Source of the DNA: an uncultured virus (IMG/VR IMGVR_UViG_3300002072_000002)
Taxonomy: Duplodnaviria; Heunggongvirae; Uroviricota; Caudoviricetes
IMG/VR virus record: IMGVR_UViG_3300002072_000002
DNA: 64,000 nt
Strand: one strand, 5' to 3'
Program-made: the position numbers and the translations under genes
Notes under the pieces: generated by a model
Seen by the model: only the letters and a program-made list of their open reading frames with translations
Database searches by the model: none
Told to the model about the DNA's origin: nothing
In this document: in pieces, positions 28,218-38,132 of the stretch
Layout: each line of letters opens with the position of its first letter
Numbering within the stretch: position 1 is the first letter of the stretch

Positions 28218-28619
28218 TTCGGTTATACAGCAGAGCAGGAGGGCTTTTTATGCTTCGACAAGCCGCAAATCCAACATCTACGCTATCCGGCACAGTGGCG
28301 GGCAAGCTCGTCCGGGAGCAAACACTCAAAGCGCCGAGCCGCGCACCGAAAGAGACCCGAACGGTCGAGCAGGTCGAGGCCGACCTCGACAACGGCATCG
28401 TCGGCGGTGTCCGGCGCCGGCCACTTAGTTGGTTGAAAGGAAAACGCCAATGACACGCGACTGCGCGAAACAGCGATGCAAGACTTGTCCGCGGTGGGGG
28501 ACGCCGACCGAGCGCGATGGCTGCTCCACGTTTATCAACGTCGTCCGCCAATGGAAACGCAAGGGCGGCTGTCNATGCTACGGGACGCCGGAGACTAAGT
28601 GCGCAGAAACGAGCGCGCA

Positions 28620-29033
28620 ATGAGCCAGATCATCGAGTTCACTGTCCTGGGCGATCCCGTCGCGCAGGCTCGACCCCGCGCGGTCAGGACAGCTAAGGGC
28701 GTACGGATGTATGACACAGGCAAAGTTAAGGATGCCAAGAGCTTTTTCAAGATGTGCGCGGCTGAACACGCGCCCGAAGTATTGATCGACGGGCCGATGT
28801 TTGTAACCCTCGATGTCTACGTGCAGAAGCCGAAGTCGTGGAAGAAGAATCGCACATTGGCCGCAACGGCGCCGGACGTTGATAATTACGCAAAGCTCTG
28901 TTTAGATAGTATGCAAGGCGTACTTTACACAAACGACTCCAGGATCGTGACGCTGATCGTATCGAAGCGACTCTCAGACAAGCCCCGGTGCGAGGTTCGC
29001 ATCGAGGGACTGGTCGATGGGGAGACGGGCTGA
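28620..29033 (+). CDS. rusA: RusA-family Holliday junction resolvase
   Basis: GDPVAQARPR and PDVDNYAKLCLDSMQGVLYTNDSRIV motifs. Confidence 0.9.
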   Translation: MSQIIEFTVLGDPVAQARPRAVRTAKGVRMYDTGKVKDAKSFFKMCAAEHAPEVLIDGPMFVTLDVYVQKPKSWKKNRTLAATAPDVDNYAKLCLDSMQGVLYTNDSRIVTLIVSKRLSDKPRCEVRIEGLVDGETG

Positions 29034-30367
29034 TGATCTATGGCTCCGTTTGTACAGGAATATCTGCGGAGCATGTTGCGTGGGCCGATCTTGGCTGGAC
29101 TGCCGCCTGGTTTTCCGAAATCGACCCGTTCTGTTGTGCGTTGCTGAAACACCACTATCCCGAAGTGCCAAATCTAGGAGATATGACCGATGTTGAAAAG
29201 TTCACCGGGCCAATCGACGTTCTTGTTGGAGGAACTCCCTGTCAAGATTTCTCGGTCGCAGGAAAGCGAGCAGGAATGGCTGGAGAGCGTTCTGGGCTGG
29301 CCCTCGGATATATTGAGCTTGCTAAGAGACTGCGGCCCAAGTGGTTGGTGTGGGAGAACGTGTTTGGAGTTTTGTCCTCCGTTAGCCACGAAGCGCCGGA
29401 TGAGGTTCCACCGCCTGACGACTTACAGCCGGGACAAGAATGGAGCCATGAAGAAGTCTACGAAGCTGACGAAGGAACCGATTTCGGATGCTTCCTTGCC
29501 GGACTTCAGGAATGCGGGTATGGTCTCGCCTGGAGGGTGCTGGACGCACAATTCGCTGGAGTACCACAGCGCCGCCGTCGCGTCTTCCTTGTCGGATATT
29601 TTGGAGATTGGCGTCGTGCCTACGCGGTTTTATCTCAGTCCCACAGTTTGTNGAATCCTCCGCCGAGCAGAGAAGCGGGGGAAAGAACTGCCTCCGGCGT
29701 TGCGGGAAGCCTTGCAGCAAGTGGCGCAGGTTCCGCCCGACCAGCCGGACAAGGAAACGAGCTAGATATACTGGTCAATACCGCTTGGGACAATCAGCGA
29801 TTCAGGCTCCATGACGCCGACGGTATTGCGCCCACACTGGCTACCTCCGACGGAGGCGGCGGTCACCGTTGCCCAAACGTAGTCGCGCGTTGTCTGGCCT
29901 CCCGCGAGGGTATGCGGCAGGACGCGGAGACGGAGAATATGGTAGCTTGCATCAAAGGTGCGGCGATTGGCCGAAAGCCCGAAGCCGGGCCGCAACGCGG
30001 GGAGATTCAGGAAGATGGGAATTGCTGCACGTTGAGCGCGACAGAACAACACGCAATCTGTTTTGAACCCGGCAACTTACGGCGGCAGTGCGGCAGTGAG
30101 CCAAACGAGAACACCGCGCCCACTTTGGGTGCGGAGAAGACAGGGGATACTTTTCCGCATATCGCTCAGGCAATGGCGGTGCGTAGGCTTACTCCCGAAG
30201 AGTGCGAAAAATTGCAAGGACACTCGCCCGGATACACACTCATCCCTTGTCGCGGCAAGCCTGCCTGTGACTCGAATCGCTACAGGGCTTTGGGCAACGG
30301 GATTGCAGTTCCATGCCTGCGCTGGATCGGCGAGCGTATACAACTTGTCGAGGATATGACCCAATGA
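29033..30367 (+). CDS. C5 cytosine DNA methyltransferase, alpha subunit
   Basis: SVCTGI, GGTPCQDFS, WENV, PQRRRRVF, RRLTPEECEKLQG and RYRALGNG motifs. Confidence 0.93.
   Translation: MIYGSVCTGISAEHVAWADLGWTAAWFSEIDPFCCALLKHHYPEVPNLGDMTDVEKFTGPIDVLVGGTPCQDFSVAGKRAGMAGERSGLALGYIELAKRLRPKWLVWENVFGVLSSVSHEAPDEVPPPDDLQPGQEWSHEEVYEADEGTDFGCFLAGLQECGYGLAWRVLDAQFAGVPQRRRRVFLVGYFGDWRRAYAVLSQSHSLXNPPPSREAGERTASGVAGSLAASGAGSARPAGQGNELDILVNTAWDNQRFRLHDADGIAPTLATSDGGGGHRCPNVVARCLASREGMRQDAETENMVACIKGAAIGRKPEAGPQRGEIQEDGNCCTLSATEQHAICFEPGNLRRQCGSEPNENTAPTLGAEKTGDTFPHIAQAMAVRRLTPEECEKLQGHSPGYTLIPCRGKPACDSNRYRALGNGIAVPCLRWIGERIQLVEDMTQ
29190..29765 (+). CDS. Overprinted C5 MTase beta subunit (M.EcoHK31I-beta-like)
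   Basis: Alternative frame nested in the MTase: SSLSDILE...RFYLSPTVC.ILRRAEKRGKELPPALREAL. Confidence 0.75.
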   Translation: MLKSSPGQSTFLLEELPVKISRSQESEQEWLESVLGWPSDILSLLRDCGPSGWCGRTCLEFCPPLATKRRMRFHRLTTYSRDKNGAMKKSTKLTKEPISDASLPDFRNAGMVSPGGCWTHNSLEYHSAAVASSLSDILEIGVVPTRFYLSPTVCXILRRAEKRGKELPPALREALQQVAQVPPDQPDKETS

Positions 30368-30476
30368 AACTATCGCTCCAGAAATACACCGATCACAAGT
30401 CCAAGAAGCTACGCCAGCCGCACAAGGCAAAGAAGCGCAATGCGGTCGCCAAGCAGTCGCGAAAGCGGAATCGCGC

Positions 30477-30806
30477 ATGAAGAAGTCGGCGCAGGCTTCC
30501 CTGTTTCGGCANGGCGAACACTTCTGCCCCAATGACGGCGAAGTGCTACTCATCCAAGATGGTTGGTTGTTCTGCTATCGCTGCCACTATATGCGATGCC
30601 GCGGTTGCGGATTGCCCATTCCGCCGCGAACAGAGGTAACGATGGCGCAATTATCCGGGCAGGAGCCTTATCCTCCGGCGCCCGATGGCTACTGCGAACA
30701 ACCGTTCGGCAAAGCGTGCTACGGTCGGATCGTTGACCGGCTCGAAGCAGAGAACACTCGGCTGCGAATCCAGTTGAAGCGAAAGCGGAATCGGGGGCGA
30801 GCATGA
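30477..30806 (+). CDS. Cys-rich hypothetical protein
   Basis: CPND, CYRC and CRGCG motifs; overlapping start/stop with neighbours. Confidence 0.55.
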   Translation: MKKSAQASLFRXGEHFCPNDGEVLLIQDGWLFCYRCHYMRCRGCGLPIPPRTEVTMAQLSGQEPYPPAPDGYCEQPFGKACYGRIVDRLEAENTRLRIQLKRKRNRGRA

Positions 30807-31633
30807 TCGAACCCTGGTGGGCGAGCCAAGATGGGCGGGTTGTTCTGTATTGTGGAAAGTGCGAGGATGTACTGCCGACGTTCGAGCCGGGGTCAATCGC
30901 GCTCACGGTGACGAGTCCCCCTTACGACCAACTTCGTACGTATCAAGGGTTCGAGTGGGACTTCGAGGCGACGGCGCGGGAACTATTCCGCGTAACGTGC
31001 GAGGGCGGCTTGGTTGTGTGGAATGTCGGCGACTCGGTTGTCGATGGCTCCGAAACGCTCACGAGCTTTCGGCAGGCAATCTACTTCAAGGACGCATGCG
31101 GCTTCCGCGTTCACGATACGATGATATATGAGAAGGCGGGATTTTCCATACCATCAACCGATCGCTACCAACAGGCTTTTGAGTACGTGTTTGTGCTGGC
31201 AAAAGGCAAACCCACGACGTTCAACCCGATAGTGGACAAGCGCAATATCCGGGCCGGCCTGCCGGGTAGCTTCGGTAAATGCACAAAACGGCAGCCGGAC
31301 GGGAGCCAGAGTGAGCGCGCTNGCGCGCTCACTGCCGAGTTTGGTAAGCGGTTAAACGTGTGGCGGGGCAAAACAGCCGGGCAGGAGAATCCCTGTCAGT
31401 CCATAGAGCATCCTGCCACAATGCCCTACTGGTTAGCTCGCGATCACATTCGCTCGTGGAGCAATGAGGGTGACGTCATCCTAGACCCGATGGCGGGTAG
31501 TGGCACGACTTTGGAGGCCGCGATACGTTGCGGCAGGAATGCGGTGGGAATCGAAATCTCACGCGAGTATGCAGATCAGATCGTTGAGCGAATGAAGAAA
31601 CTACTCGCGCAACCTACACTGGAGATGATATGA
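30803..31633 (+). CDS. N4/N6 DNA methyltransferase (SPPY, probably N4-C)
   Basis: VTSPPY, HPATMP and ILDPMAGSGTT...GIE motifs. Confidence 0.92.
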   Translation: MIEPWWASQDGRVVLYCGKCEDVLPTFEPGSIALTVTSPPYDQLRTYQGFEWDFEATARELFRVTCEGGLVVWNVGDSVVDGSETLTSFRQAIYFKDACGFRVHDTMIYEKAGFSIPSTDRYQQAFEYVFVLAKGKPTTFNPIVDKRNIRAGLPGSFGKCTKRQPDGSQSERAXALTAEFGKRLNVWRGKTAGQENPCQSIEHPATMPYWLARDHIRSWSNEGDVILDPMAGSGTTLEAAIRCGRNAVGIEISREYADQIVERMKKLLAQPTLEMI

Positions 31634-32013
31634 TCGAAAGCACTCGACCCGAATGGCTCGACGGCGACAGGCTCATCCACTGGCAGACCCAGGAGGACTT
31701 CTACGCCGATCTCGGCATCGACAACAACCGACCGGCGCCCGCGCAGGACTCCATCGTCCATAAATGCCAGGAATGCGGCAAGGCGATCGACGCGCCCAAG
31801 GGCCAGTTCCGAACTTACGCGAAATGCCGGGAGTGCAATGACAAGACAACTGCCNGGATCGCAAAGCGAGCGGGACCCAGCACGACCTGCAAGCGATGTG
31901 GAAACCGCGAACGCGCATGGATCCGCGGGCGGTTCGCTGGTCTCTGCATCGACTGCGCCGACATCGATCGCAAAGCGTTCACCGCCGGCAACGACTCGCT
32001 TTTTAGGAAGTGA
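31630..32013 (+). CDS. Zinc-ribbon hypothetical protein
   Basis: Four CxxC pairs. Confidence 0.55.
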   Translation: MIESTRPEWLDGDRLIHWQTQEDFYADLGIDNNRPAPAQDSIVHKCQECGKAIDAPKGQFRTYAKCRECNDKTTAXIAKRAGPSTTCKRCGNRERAWIRGRFAGLCIDCADIDRKAFTAGNDSLFRK

Positions 32014-32238
32014 ACACAATGAACAAGCCATTTAATCCCTACGCGCGCAAGCCGAAGTTCAAACAGCGGACCTCCGCAGCGAACTCGGCATCCCTTATCG
32101 CCGAGATCCGCAGGGCGTCTGGCCGGCCCGAAACACAGCCGACCAGCACTCCGCGGACAAAGCGACCGAAAGCCGCGCCCATCACCGGGCGCAAAGGCCG
32201 AGCCAACGCCGGGTTCGACGAAACTGCCAACTCGGCTA

Positions 32239-32419
32239 TTGACAAGCGAATTGGCATATAGTAGGATAGCCGTGCGAGACTAGGAGTTCACCGATGCAGG
32301 AAGCAATCTTCGATCAATACGCCACCATTCCCATCACCAACGGCGACGGTATAGTGCCCACTCCACTGCTTGTACTCCTGGTCTCGCAATCAGGCTCGCT
32401 TGCTTGGGGTGGACACTAT
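32239..32419 (+). promoter_or_regulatory. Primase promoter and structured leader with antisense-type pairing
   Basis: TTGACA-N17-TAGGAT. 32273-32287 is complementary to 32374-32388, which lies inside the stem 32351-32419. Confidence 0.7.
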
Positions 32420-32439
32420 TGCGTTACTGGGGGTGCCCG

Positions 32440-34929
32440 ATGAATGAGGTCTATGCTGCAGCAAAAGCCTACATCGATGCCGGGCTCTCGGTTATCCCGA
32501 TCGCGCTCGACGGCACGAAGCAACCGAAATCTTCGGTTTTGCCGCTCCAGAACGAGAGTTTGCCGCGCAGTGACAAGAACAGGCCCACGTGGAAACCGTT
32601 CGCAGAGCGTTTAGCGACCGACGACGAACTGCACAAATGGTTTGACTCGGGACAAGCGGCCATCGCCATAGTTGGCGGGTCTGTATCCGGCAACCTGGAG
32701 CGCATTGACTTCGATCAGCCCGGGATATACGACGAATGGCTCGCGCTTTGCATCGCCTGCCAGTGCAGCGAACTCGTGGACGACCTGGTCGGGGTCCGCA
32801 CCCCACGCGATCCGTCGTGCTACCATCTCTACTACCGATGCGACGAGCCGGTCCAGACATCGCAGAAGCTCGCGCTCGTCGCCGATGGGGTCAACGAAGC
32901 CGGCAAGCCGAATATCAAGGGCGCCATCGAAACGCGAGGCGAGGCGGGCTACACGGTCGCGCCCGGTTCCCCGTTGTCTGTCCACGAGACCGGCGTCCCT
33001 TACGAGGTTGTCTTCGGCGATCTGCTGGCGATACCCACCATCACGGCATACCAGCGCGAATGCCTGCTAGAATTGGGCAGATCATTCAATGAGGTCGCAC
33101 CCGAGATCAAGCCGCCTGCCGCGGCGAAAGCCGCAACCGCAACCGGCAAACCCGGCGCGGACTACATTGCGCGCGGTCCGTGGCGCGAACTGCTTGAAAC
33201 CGCCGGCTGGAAGATGGTATCGAGCCGCGGAGACGAAGAATGCTGGAGGCGACCGGGCAAGACCGAGGGATTGTCTGCCACATACAACCACCTCGGCACC
33301 GGCATGTTCAAGGTCTTCACCTCCAGCGCCTACCCGTTCGAGATGGGCGGCAACTACTCGGCGTTCGGAATCTACACGATGCTCGAGCACGACGGCGACT
33401 ACACCGCAGCTGCCCGAGCGCTCGCGAAACTCGGCTACGGCGAGCAACGGCAACGCGACCCCGCCGCGGTCTCCAATACCCCAGAAGGCGACGATGCTCC
33501 CATCCCAGACGCGGCCCCATCCGACCCCGACGTGCGCCGCGCGTTATCCGACATGGGCAACTCCGAGCGGCTCATAGACTCCTACGGAACAGAGATCCGC
33601 TACGTCGTCGATTGGAAACGCTGGATAATCTGGGACGGGGTCCGGTGGGCGACCGACTCCGACCTCCGAATCAACCGCTACGCTCGCGAGGTTGTCCGCA
33701 AGATCTATGCCGAGGCATCGGCCGCGCCCGAGGACATGCGTAAGGCAGTCGCAAAATGGGCTCTAGCGTCCGAATCCGAACGCGCCGTAGCAGCCATGGT
33801 GCACATGGCCCAATGCACAGTCGCCATCACCTCCGAGGCGCTCGACTCCGATCCCAACCTACTCTGCTGCCTAAACGGAGTTGTCGATCTCCAAAAGGGC
33901 GAACTGCTCAAGCCGATCCGCGAGAATCTCATCACCAAGCAGGTCCCTGTCCGATACGACGCCGAAGCACCCTGGCCGATTTGGGACGCATTTCTCGCCC
34001 GAACCCAGCCCGAAGATGACATGCGCGCCTACCTACAAGCCGCTGTTGGCTACTCGCTGACCGGCGATGTCTCCGAGCAATGCCTCTTCTTCCTCTATGG
34101 CGAAGGAAAGAACGGCAAAACAACTTTCATCGAAACGATCTCCCTGCTCGTCGGGGAATACTTCACCAAAACCGGCTCGGACTCGCTCATGATCAAGCGA
34201 TATGGCGGGAACACCGGTCACGAAGTCGCAGCCCTAAAATCCGCAAGACTCGTCACCGTCTCCGAAATATCCGATGGCCAGCAACTCGACGAGGGGCTCG
34301 TCAAGGATATGACCGGCGGCGACACGATGACCGCCCGACACCTCTACGGAGACCCGTTCAACTTCAAGGCCGGATTCAAGCTCTGGCTCTACGGCAACGT
34401 CAAGCCCAAAATCAAAGGCAAGGAAGAAGGCATCTGGCGCCGAATCAAAATGATCCCGTTCAACGTCTGCATCCCGCCCGACCAAAGAGACGCGCACCTC
34501 GCAGACAAGCTCAAAGGAGAACTCTCCGGCATACTCAACTGGGCGATCGCCGGCTGCCTCGACTGGAGAGCAAACGGACTGCCCGAGCCCCAGCAAATGC
34601 TCGATGCCGTCAATAAATACCGGTCCGAACAAGACGCGCTCGCGGGATTCATCGCCGACACCTGCATCATCGACCGATCACCGTCCAGCCGAGTCACCAA
34701 AAAAGCACTCTGGGAGGCTTACCAACAATACATCGCTACCAGCGGAGAGCCCGGATACGAAAGCAATCGCGCGTTCTTCAAGGAAATCGATCGCATACCC
34801 GGAGCCGTCGGCGGCAGAGGCACAGGACACGTCGCCATCTGGACTGGCATCAGGCTAATTGACGCAGATACACCCCAAGACACGATGCTGCCGATCGACG
34901 CAGAAGACCAAGGCAACCCCTGGCCATAG
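32440..34929 (+). CDS. Prim-Pol (AEP) + D5/P4-type SF3 primase-helicase
   Basis: IDFD, HLYY and ETRGEAGY (Prim-Pol); D5_N (DMGNSERL, WDGVRW); Walker A GEGKNGKTT; GIWRR. Confidence 0.93.
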   Translation: MNEVYAAAKAYIDAGLSVIPIALDGTKQPKSSVLPLQNESLPRSDKNRPTWKPFAERLATDDELHKWFDSGQAAIAIVGGSVSGNLERIDFDQPGIYDEWLALCIACQCSELVDDLVGVRTPRDPSCYHLYYRCDEPVQTSQKLALVADGVNEAGKPNIKGAIETRGEAGYTVAPGSPLSVHETGVPYEVVFGDLLAIPTITAYQRECLLELGRSFNEVAPEIKPPAAAKAATATGKPGADYIARGPWRELLETAGWKMVSSRGDEECWRRPGKTEGLSATYNHLGTGMFKVFTSSAYPFEMGGNYSAFGIYTMLEHDGDYTAAARALAKLGYGEQRQRDPAAVSNTPEGDDAPIPDAAPSDPDVRRALSDMGNSERLIDSYGTEIRYVVDWKRWIIWDGVRWATDSDLRINRYAREVVRKIYAEASAAPEDMRKAVAKWALASESERAVAAMVHMAQCTVAITSEALDSDPNLLCCLNGVVDLQKGELLKPIRENLITKQVPVRYDAEAPWPIWDAFLARTQPEDDMRAYLQAAVGYSLTGDVSEQCLFFLYGEGKNGKTTFIETISLLVGEYFTKTGSDSLMIKRYGGNTGHEVAALKSARLVTVSEISDGQQLDEGLVKDMTGGDTMTARHLYGDPFNFKAGFKLWLYGNVKPKIKGKEEGIWRRIKMIPFNVCIPPDQRDAHLADKLKGELSGILNWAIAGCLDWRANGLPEPQQMLDAVNKYRSEQDALAGFIADTCIIDRSPSSRVTKKALWEAYQQYIATSGEPGYESNRAFFKEIDRIPGAVGGRGTGHVAIWTGIRLIDADTPQDTMLPIDAEDQGNPWP

Positions 34930-36200
34930 GTGAACAACCTGTGACCGAGGCACCGCCCCGAAAGCACACCAATCCAGCCGAAACACCAGCTTTTTAGAAA
35001 TCCAAGAAAGTGCCGAATGGCACAGAAAGAAATTACGGTAACTCGGTAACTCTGTTTTACTCTCAAAAGTTACCGGCGAACAGGATTTGCATGACTTTTG
35101 TACTAGTGTTCTCTNATGTAGTTACTTTACTGCAAAATGAGTAACTATGGTAACTCAGTAACTCCGTCATCAAAAGCGCGATATTAGACATAAAATGTGC
35201 AGGATAACCCCGGAAACACTGATCCACCCCGCAACCAACCACACGTGCAAGACAACCCGCAACCAGACCGGTAAACCCCACAATACCCACACCACACACC
35301 AAATCACCAACCACAATAATATCCAAGCGAGACGCCAACCCGGAAATAACCCAGAATAAAGATGCCCACCAGGAAGGGTAGCCCACGTCAACTCGTGAAC
35401 GGGCATGGGATGTGCCCCAGGCTGGTAGATGGGCACGGGCCCGGGGTTGATCACTCTCGATCCGTGTTTATGATCGGTGATAACAGGGATTATAGCGTAT
35501 CACACAACTAGTGAACAACAGAGCCTGCTGGTACGCACGCATGTGGCAAACCGGGTGTAACTACGTCTGGCAGGGCAGAGGAAGGGTGGCGTCGAATCTA
35601 ATACGCTTTACCTGGCATTTGCATTACGGTTCTATCCCCCACTCTTTCGCATTCCCCTTGTCCTTTGTCTGTTGTTACAAGACTGTTACACTACTGTTGT
35701 CTGGTTGTTACATCGGTCTGTTGGGCGCATTGCATTGCGTGTATGGGTATATAGTCGGTCGCCTATAGAGTGGGGGGGCGTATAGCTCTCTGGCTATATA
35801 GCGATCAGGCCCGGTTGTCGTCAACTGTCAGTGAACACTGGGGCATGCTCTGTCCACTACTGGTGAACGACAGGGTGATCGGGTCTTGTTCACTATCTCT
35901 GAACAACAGCGCTGGTGTGGTGTTCACTGCTTGTGAACGTGTTGTTGTCAACTGTTGGCGAACAGACGGGTGGCGCGTTCACGGCTAGTGAACAATGGGA
36001 TGTGTATTGTTGTCCACAGGTAGTGAACAATGGGACGGTTGTGCACATATGCACATGTGCAATATGGCCTACAATGCGCCTGTGTGTTGATTATGGGCGT
36101 ATGTATGCGTATATGACTCTGTATACCTCTTTTGTCTGAGATGCGGGTTAACGGCGAATTCGTGCTTAGGATTGGGCGCAATGGGGGTATGTATGCGTAT
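34930..36200. repeat. Non-coding iteron-rich region (putative replication origin or genome end)
   Basis: GTAACT/AGTTAC x7 (35037-35164), AC-rich tract 35220-35360, TGTTAC x3 (35673-35712), GTGAAC/GTTCAC x~10, and direct repeat AGTGAACAATGGGA (35987, 36022). Confidence 0.65.
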
Positions 36201-36210
36201 GCGTTTGCAA

Positions 36211-36278
36211 TGGGGAATAATACCCCATACTATTTACGGAAAAGGTATTGACACGCTATAATGACGGCATGGTATACT
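36211..36278 (+). promoter_or_regulatory. Early promoter with GGGG-N7-CCCC box (copy 3)
   Basis: TGGGGAATAATACCCC-N17-GGTA-TTGACA-N19(TGG)-TATACT. Confidence 0.75.
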
Positions 36279-36328
36279 GCCGATAGTGAGATTAGAGATC
36301 GCCGGCAAATCCGGCAAGGAGTAGGATC

Positions 36329-36865
36329 ATGGAGCAGAGTATAGACTACGGAATGGGACTGGCAAACGTTGACTCTAAGACTGGTATCAGGTATGGGGTC
36401 ATCTCGCAGCACAGTGTATCAGGCGATGCGCTAAATGACATGGATTACGATTATCCTTTGGGTTGCCCAGACTGCGGGAGTGATGCGCTAGTGGCGTCAA
36501 AGTCTACACGGTTTGACTTCTATTGCCAGTCTTGCAAGACATGGCACATGTCAGATTCTTGCTATGGGGATGAGGTAACCGGGTTCCACCTGGAGGACGG
36601 GGAATATACCCTGGTAGACTGTCTTGACTCTGACATCATGGTGATTCGTTCTCCATACTACACGTTCGCGCAGTACTGTTCCCCATGTGTCCCTGGGGCC
36701 NGGAATCTTGACAGTCCCATGCCAGACGGCGCCAAGGCGTACTGCCTGGGGTTAGACTGGTTTGACGACTACTCGTCCTGTCCTTATACCATCTACCGGG
36801 TATCGGATGATTCCGTAGTCGGCGAAGTCACGGGCTCATCCGAGCAGGAAAGAGGGGGGATATAG
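36329..36865 (+). CDS. Early hypothetical protein (Cys/Asp-rich)
   Basis: AGGAG RBS; first ORF after the early promoter; TGIRYGVIS and CSPCVPGA motifs. Confidence 0.7.
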   Translation: MEQSIDYGMGLANVDSKTGIRYGVISQHSVSGDALNDMDYDYPLGCPDCGSDALVASKSTRFDFYCQSCKTWHMSDSCYGDEVTGFHLEDGEYTLVDCLDSDIMVIRSPYYTFAQYCSPCVPGAXNLDSPMPDGAKAYCLGLDWFDDYSSCPYTIYRVSDDSVVGEVTGSSEQERGGI

Positions 36866-37143
36866 CCATGAGTCATTATGTAGGGGGACCGACAAACGAG
36901 AGATTGAAGAAGCGGATCACGGACGGTTATGGGATACGGTCGCTGGTAGCGTTTGACCGTGATACTCAGACGGTGCATCCTCATCACTCGTACACGTTTG
37001 CGACGATAAAGGAGCTGCGGACTACGCTTGCGCAGCTTGAGTATTATCCACTACGGAAGGCTTGAGCTTTTGCCTTCGCCGGTAGACTGCCAAATACCGG
37101 CATGGGCAAGTGCTTAGGCAGTACTTGAGAAGGAAGTGGAATC

Positions 37144-37362
37144 ATGGAGCGAATTGACAAGGACCTATACGAAACAAAGGAAGTGCCGTTGTACTGCCAT
37201 ATACATGGCTTGATGCAGACTGCGTCGGGTTACGGCGGCAAGTTGGCCACCAGCACCATGCTGAAGTACGAAAACCGTTGGCATCGGGTTTATTGCATGT
37301 GCTATTCCAACAATGGCACGTGCTATATCCTCGTGCATGGGAAGATGGTCGTGGTCTGGTAG
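37144..37362 (+). CDS. Early hypothetical protein
   Basis: QTASGYGGKLAT...WHRVYCMCYSNNGTCY. Confidence 0.65.
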   Translation: MERIDKDLYETKEVPLYCHIHGLMQTASGYGGKLATSTMLKYENRWHRVYCMCYSNNGTCYILVHGKMVVVW

Positions 37363-38132
37363 TTAGGCGCTTAGTGGTTAGGCGCGCGGCCTTCTCGACT
37401 TCTTCTCGATTCATATGCTGGAGGGATTATCATGGGGCGTGCTAAGATCGACATGGGGTTCCGGGTTACGACGACAATGGGGATGTACCCATTTATGGAG
37501 GACCTGGCGAAGGATGGTCCGGCGTTTTGTCCGGGGATGGTTGGTGAAGTGGTGGCTTTGCGTGAGAAGTACGTGGTGGTGGGATATATGGTTGACGGGT
37601 TGGCCTACCGGGTTGGCCTACAGCACAGCATGGTTAGACTTGCGCAAGTGTAGAGGCTTGACGGTTCCTGCCTTCGGGCAGGTTCCGTGAGGTCTCAACA
37701 AGAGGTCTCGGGAAGAAGGATAGAATCATGAACGGTTTGGAATTGCGGAGAAGGATCAAGACGGCGCGCCGGCAAGGCGATAGCGCTGCAGTCCGGCAGT
37801 TGAGCCGGCAGTTGAGCCGGTTAGATCGGCGGGTATCGGCATGATCGAGTACGTTCTGTGGGCGCACAAGCCCGAAGACCCGGAAGGGCATGAGTCTTTG
37901 ATCATGAAAGAAAACACAAGCCTAGCGAGTTTGGCGGCGGCGAAGGCATGGGCAATATCCGAAGGCTTTATTGGCCTTCGGGTCCAGACTTTTGACGGTT
38001 ACGAAGTGCCAGACTTCATCGGTGCGATTGCGGGGCTTTGACATGGCTAGCGACATGTGTTTTCGGTTATCACTTCTCGTTGTCGTGGCGCTCATTGTAG
38101 TGCTACAGGATAGGTTAGGGAGGTAACGAATC

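Noticed and set aside
35945..35965. 13/15 match of the TnpB guide to the putative origin (minus strand TTCGCCAACAGTTGA)
   Set aside because: Both mismatches are in the seed, and a rough estimate gives ~10% chance of such a match in a window this size.
35987..36035. AGTGAACAATGGGA direct repeat as a mini-CRISPR
   Set aside because: Only two 14-bp copies, part of a dispersed GTGAAC family in both orientations, and no cas genes.
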